A stretch of 23,908 nt of DNA from Macrostomum lignano (taxonomy: Eukaryota), in NCBI GenBank assembly GCA_002269645.1, contig NIVC01005168.1:1-23908 (forward strand). Direction: 5' to 3'. The translations under genes and the position numbers were made by a program. This document shows, piece by piece, positions 18,401 through 23,908 of the stretch. Each line of letters opens with the position of its first letter. Within the stretch, counting starts at the first letter, position 1. The notes beneath the pieces are model-generated. The model saw only the letters and a list, made by a program, of their open reading frames with translations. It was not told where the DNA came from and did no database searches.

Positions 18401-20941
18401 GCGCTCCCAATCGCACTCAGTGAACTCATTTTCTCATCGAACATTCCAGTCTGTTGAGCTGCGCACCATTGACGCAGTTCTGGCCATGACGAGGGCTGTC
18501 CACAGCGTCACAGGCGGCTACACCAGCTCGAGCTCCACCAACGCCAGCTGCAACGGCGCCACTCGAGCATGGCCTGATGGAGCACTGGCAGCTCGCGCTC
18601 TCGCTAAGGTTGTGAGCGACTTGTCTGCATTCCAACACATTCACATCCGGCATCACTGCTGGGAAACTTTTCATTGGAATTCCAGACCACGGACTTCAAC
18701 ACACTCGGCTCTCTGATTTCCTACAATGGCACCACGAGGCACTTCACCAGCTACATCGAGGCGGTGTCCACCTTCCACGCCTTCTACACGAGTCCGCTGA
18801 GGTACATCGAGAGCGCCAGGTACCACCCCGACAACGCCTCGCTCAGCGTCTCGTTCGTCTACAAAGACAGGCGACTGGCTTTCCCGAACACCTTCGTGGA
18901 CTTCAAGAACCGAACTCTGCGAGTCTGCGCTCCGGATGTAGGAGCTAAATTTCAACTGTCACACTGAAGTATTTGGATTTCATACTTGAAAACTATACCT
19001 ATTATTGTCTTGAATTTCAGGTTCGTCCCTACGTAATCTACGACGAGAACACTTACGGAAAGGTCACCGGCCACGCTGAGGATGTGCTCAATATTGTGCG
19101 AGAAAATCTGAACTTCTCGTTAGTGACTCGAAAGCGTGAAAATTCTTAGTCAATGCCACCAGTTTTAATGCAACTAACATATTGCACCGAGGGGGGGGGG
19201 CGTAGCCCAGCGGTAGCGCAGATGCTCTGGTGTCCAGCGACCCAGGCTCGATTCCAAGTGCAGTCGCATTAATTTGGGGCTGAATTGGAATTTTGGCTTG
19301 GCTCTGCTCGTGCAATTAACGGCTTTGAGAGCCAACCCCCAAGGCGCAGTGAAGTGTACATGCCTAACGATAAATAAAGTTAGGGCCGCTGTACACTCCT
19401 GTGTGAGTGTGTGCCTGCGTACGTATCCGCGCGCTTGTGTGCCTGCTCAGGGGAGTCGGCGGAATGGGCAGTAATGCCTCTCACCGGTTGTGTGCCTATG
19501 TCGCTTAAAAAACATATTGCACCAATATTGCAGAACCATCGTTCTGAAGCCGCCAGACGGGCAGTTCGGGGCGCCAATCAATGGCACGCAGCGCTTCTCC
19601 GGCTGCATTGGAGAGCTGCAGAATGGCGTGAGTTGCTTCTTGAAGATGGCTTAAGAGTCGCGACGGCTTCAAGTTGTTTGATAAATCTAGCTGTGAGTTT
19701 CAGTTTGTTCATCCGATTTCTCTTCCAGAAAGCAGACTTGGCAGTCGTTTTCGCTGTCACCAATCTGCGCTATGCCGTCGTGGACTACTTGGACGACTAC
19801 CTGTACTCATCCAACAACATCCTAGTCCGCATACCACCCCCTGCCAGCAAAATCTGGAACGTGTTCACGCCGATGACGCTGCAAGTTTGGCTGCTGCTGG
19901 CTGCCTCCATCTTCATCGTGCCCTTCATCATCTACCTGCTGGCCTTGTTCAGCCCCTTCTCCGCTTGGAACCTGAAACTGAGCTTCGCTTTCGCCGACGA
20001 GGTCTGGTACAAGGAATACCTGTGGTCCACCATCGGCAGTTTCTTGCAACAGGGTCAGGACTTTTATCCATTCGCAATGTCGCCCAGAACCGTGATGGTG
20101 TTCTGGTGGCTGCTCACCGTTATTATATTTGGTGCATACACTGGAGACCTGACTGCTCACTTGGCTACATCAGTCAGCAGTTTGACTATTAGGACTCTGG
20201 AAGACCTGGTGTCCATGCCTTACTACACTGCTTTAGTACCAAGGGGAACCAACATTCACACGGCGATCGACATGGCTACGTCGGGACCGATGTTCCAGCT
20301 GAAGTCCATGACTGTGCTGGTGCAATCGCACGAGGACTGCGCTAGGAAGGTGAGGACTGTGCGCCCCGAATTTGGAATTCTTAGAACAGAAAGGTGCAAC
20401 GAATCGGTGAAATTATGCGCCTTCAATTTTCAACTTTCAGCTGCTGGCCTCAACCAATCCGTACACTGTGTGCATCGCGGATCAGAAGTCCAATCTGTAC
20501 TTTGCTAACCAATTCTGCGAAGAAATGTACGTGGCTGACGAGTATTTTAACTTCTACTATCTGGCGTGGCCTGTGCCCAAGGATGCGTTCTATGCTGACG
20601 CCATGAACTTAATGTAAGCCGCTAATCCTGACAGTCATGCCCACAGTGCTCTGATGCATTTGCTTTATTAATTGACGCGAAATTTACCTTCTAGAATTCG
20701 TCGGGCTAAAGAGAACGGCCTCGTTGACATGCTCCGGTTGAAGTACTTCCCAACTAGCAGCTCAGAGTGCTCAAGTGCACAGGGAGGGATATCGGATGCT
20801 GAGCCAATTAACCTGGAGGGCATCGGCGGATCCTGCTTGGTGCCAGGAGTCCTGTACTTAATTGGACTGCTCATCCTGCTGCTTGAGCTCTTCTGGACCG
20901 CCTGTCTGAACAAGGACCCGCTGCAGTGCGTCTTGTTCTGA
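15160..20941 (+). CDS. Divergent ionotropic glutamate receptor (iGluR/IR-like) gene, 12 exons, ~852 aa: signal peptide, ATD, S1, M1-M3, S2, M4, very short C-tail
   Basis: Exons 15160-15403, 16312-16458, 16959-17069, 17153-17334, 17408-17638, 18450-18608 (or 18611), 18686-18937, 19021-19118, 19534-19627, 19729-20349, 20441-20613 and 20695-20941. All junctions are GT-AG and phase-compatible, summing to 2559 nt. Motifs: PDGQFG..FSGCIGEL, KADLAV..LRYAVVDY, LWSTIGSFLQQG, FWWLLTVIIFGAYTGDLTAHL, IRTLEDL, LAWPVPK, IRRAKENG, NLEGIGG. Confidence 0.92.
15411..16252. repeat. Minisatellite, 32-bp unit, ~26 copies, iGluR intron 1
   Basis: Unit ctgtttatctatggccagtgcatcagtgcact. It creates the false C-terminus of track ORF 15160-16254. 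Confidence 0.97.
16312..16458 (+). CDS. iGluR exon 2 (ATD)
   Basis: ttaccttgcag| then (I)CRSSGFHGLVAVGSCSLGSSVHRLAKSLRVPAIFVP, matching the ATD C..GV.AI.G......V....L.IP pattern. Donor G|GTATGT. Confidence 0.85.
16428..16730. repeat. Minisatellite, 37-41-bp unit, 8 copies, spanning the exon 2 donor site
   Basis: Unit gagctgtgccagctggacactgcagagtctggtatgt. The first copy is the last 31 nt of exon 2 plus GTATGT. Confidence 0.93.
16731..16935. repeat. 11-bp tandem repeat (gagctgtgcgt)n, ~18 copies
   Basis: Perfect array contiguous with the 37-bp array and sharing its first 9 nt. Confidence 0.97.
16959..17638 (+). CDS. iGluR exons 3-5 (16959-17069, 17153-17334, 17408-17638; ATD)
   Basis: LLSAVVALLKSHSASLVSVFYDSHQG (cf. 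ATD L.DLI..Y.W..F..LYD...G); FNLIFARPDAVYSLIRQ|AVQAEAVQAHYYWLALD. Introns of 83 and 73 nt, GT-AG, phases 1, 0, 0. Confidence 0.82.
17641..17834. repeat. Minisatellite, 27-bp unit, ~7 copies, starting at the exon 5 donor
   Basis: Unit ggcatctgagcattctcattgagcctt. Confidence 0.95.
17840..18378. repeat. Minisatellite, 24-bp unit, ~22 copies, iGluR intron 5
   Basis: Unit gccattgtgacccgtggtgggcaa, with a few 1-bp-shorter copies. It explains ORFs 17539-18444, 17634-18416 and 17819-18370. Confidence 0.96.
18450..19118 (+). CDS. iGluR exons 6-8 (18450-18608/18611, 18686-18937, 19021-19118; ATD end and S1 start)
   Basis: TIDAVLAMTRAV..ASCNGATRAWPDG (cf. YDAV...SC...PW..G); FKNRTLRVCAPD|VRPYV..TGHAEDVLNIVRENLNF (cf. 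KTL.V....PYV..EGYCIDLL..I...LGF). Confidence 0.88.
19191..19381 (+). mobile_element. tRNA-derived SINE in iGluR intron 8
   Basis: Pol III A box TAGCCCAGCGG (19203-19213) and B-box-like GGCTCGATTCC (19245-19255). No clean tRNA cloverleaf. Followed by a unique body ending in gataaataaag. Ends are approximate. Confidence 0.7.
19534..20941 (+). CDS. iGluR exons 9-12 (19534-19627, 19729-20349, 20441-20613, 20695-20941; S1, channel, S2, M4, tail)
   Basis: Contains the canonical iGluR landmarks listed for the whole gene, the conserved S2 cysteine pair (NQFCEE and SSECSS), M4 IGGSCLVPGVLYLIGLLILLLELFW, and stop TGA ending at 20941. Confidence 0.93.
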
Positions 20942-21483
20942 TGGTTGTTTTGAGCGTTTGAAAATTTGTTAACTTGCGGTTTTAATCGCAACTTTAAGAT
21001 GCTTAAGTTTTTTCTTGATTTAATTGTGAAGCACTACTTAGGCATAAAGTTAAGACATTGGAATTTTTGTGTCACCAGAGATCATGTAACTTGTTATACT
21101 GAAGTGATCAGCTGACAATTTACCATTAACTGATTTCTCACAGTATTGCACTGGCACCTATTCAACTTACTTCGTAGGGTCCCGATATTATCACGTACGC
21201 TCGTACACAAATAAAAACCAGTTGCAAGAAAAAATGCACAAACTGTAAGTCCTTATATTAAAATATTATCCCCAATTCACATTGGCGTACTAATCTTGAA
21301 GTAAGGAATTATGTAAATTACTGTATATAGGGTTTGAAAGCCTACCAAAGTATAATATATTCATATAAAAAATAATTTCTTTATTTCCAGTCAAACCTAA
21401 TCTGGATTTGCAAGTTAATCTATATAGGTTTCAGGCTAAATTCATTTGGGGCTCAGGTGGCAACATTTTTTTTCTAGGGCTTC

Positions 21484-22908
<1,425 letters not shown>

Positions 22909-23843
22909 GTTTTGAAGGTTCATGCAATGAACTGAGTATTCGCAATAAGAGACTTTAGTTTTTCGGCTACTTTTAGCCAAACGAATAAAAACCAAGAGCA
23001 TAGAGCATACTCTCCCTGAAGAGACTGAAAATTATATAATTTAACCTGAAAATGAAATTATAATTTAACAAAATTAAATAAGTGTACAAGTAGTTATTAA
23101 GTATACAAAAATTCATGGTATGCTGAAAAGTACGCGTAGTGGTGATCGATACAAATACATGTCAATGAAGCCCTCTCCTAAACAGTCAGTTGTTACCCCG
23201 CCAGTCGATTGTGCTCGGCAGCGAAACTGTGGCAGACAACATGACAGCATCCCTGTGCAGTGTCACTCAACACTGCTTAAACGGGTGTGGCTACGGTGTA
23301 CTTTCTGCGTGCAGCTGCCACCGGTGCACAGCGCCAGAATATGGTGCAAACGTCAGCACGATAAGGAAATTCCTAATTACTTTTGTCTTTGCCATTTGGG
23401 TTCCCGATTATCAACTGCACGCAGTTCCCCTGCCCTAACTGGCTTTGTGGATCGCGCTTTGGAGGCAAAAGGAGTCCTGATTAGTGCGCACAAAAGTAAT
23501 GATACACGAAAATGAAAGCTGAAGCCGTTAATTCGCGAGCCAAATATCGATTCGAGCATCGCTGAGACTCTGATCCCGTTAAGAAACTGTCCTTAGTGCA
23601 TCGATTCGACCCCAAAAACACCCAACCAGCTTAGTTATCTCAGTGTCGCCTCCGGGAAGTTCTTGTCTATGTTCAATTAACGGTTTTTCTGGTCGATAAT
23701 CGATTGATTATTTCACTGAGACACGGCGATATGACCAACTTCTGTCTATATAATAACTCACCTGATCCTCTGCCGCTGGCTTTTCTTTGCTCCGCAATCT
23801 AAGAGTCAAGAGTCTGCCTCTAAAGCTACGGATTTTATTCACA

Positions 23844-23908
23844 ATGCTGGCGCTGCTAATGTTGTCGCTTCTTCTACTAGGAGAAGCCGCAGAAATTGCC
23901 CGGGCCCT
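23844..23908 (+). CDS. Start of a second, tandem iGluR-like paralog (signal peptide; runs off the window edge)
   Basis: ATG at 23844 gives MLALLMLSLLLLGEAAEIARAL. 23865-23905 is identical over 41 bp to 15190-15230 in exon 1 of the upstream receptor. Confidence 0.8.
   Translation, partial: MLALLMLSLLLLGEAAEIARA

Noticed and set aside
714-18444. Tandem arrays as CRISPR loci
   Set aside because: Units are head-to-tail with no unique spacers, there are no cas genes, and the context is spliced eukaryotic DNA.
19199-19270. Functional tRNA gene
   Set aside because: A and B boxes are present, but I cannot fold a proper acceptor stem or anticodon arm. It is better explained as a SINE head.
23120-23559. 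Short ORFs upstream of the second receptor
   Set aside because: No recognisable motifs or exon structure; probably promoter or intergenic sequence.

Overview
Eukaryotic (metazoan) genomic DNA, about one third tandem repeat (~8 kb in 13 arrays, each with its own unit). GT-AG introns have a baseline size of ~73-101 nt. The style is reminiscent of a flatworm such as Macrostomum, but that is an inference and was not verified. Gene content, left to right: (1) the last exon of a STAT-family gene (linker, SH2, DGYVP phosphotyrosine tail) with a frameshifting lesion exactly at the FLLR motif; (2) a split, motif-divergent class A GPCR on the minus strand; (3) an internally deleted non-LTR (RTE-like) reverse transcriptase remnant; (4) a TA-flanked MITE present in two copies; (5) a polyQ-rich angiomotin-like gene that seems to end after the first coiled-coil segment; (6) a complete 12-exon, ~852-aa divergent ionotropic glutamate receptor with an AYTGDLTAH gate and a tRNA-type SINE in intron 8; (7) a 1.4-kb (TTAG)n array; (8) the start of a second, tandem receptor paralog at the right edge. 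Most long ORFs in the supplied track are artefacts of stop-free repeats. There is no CRISPR array. All homology calls are by eye against remembered family motifs; no search was run.
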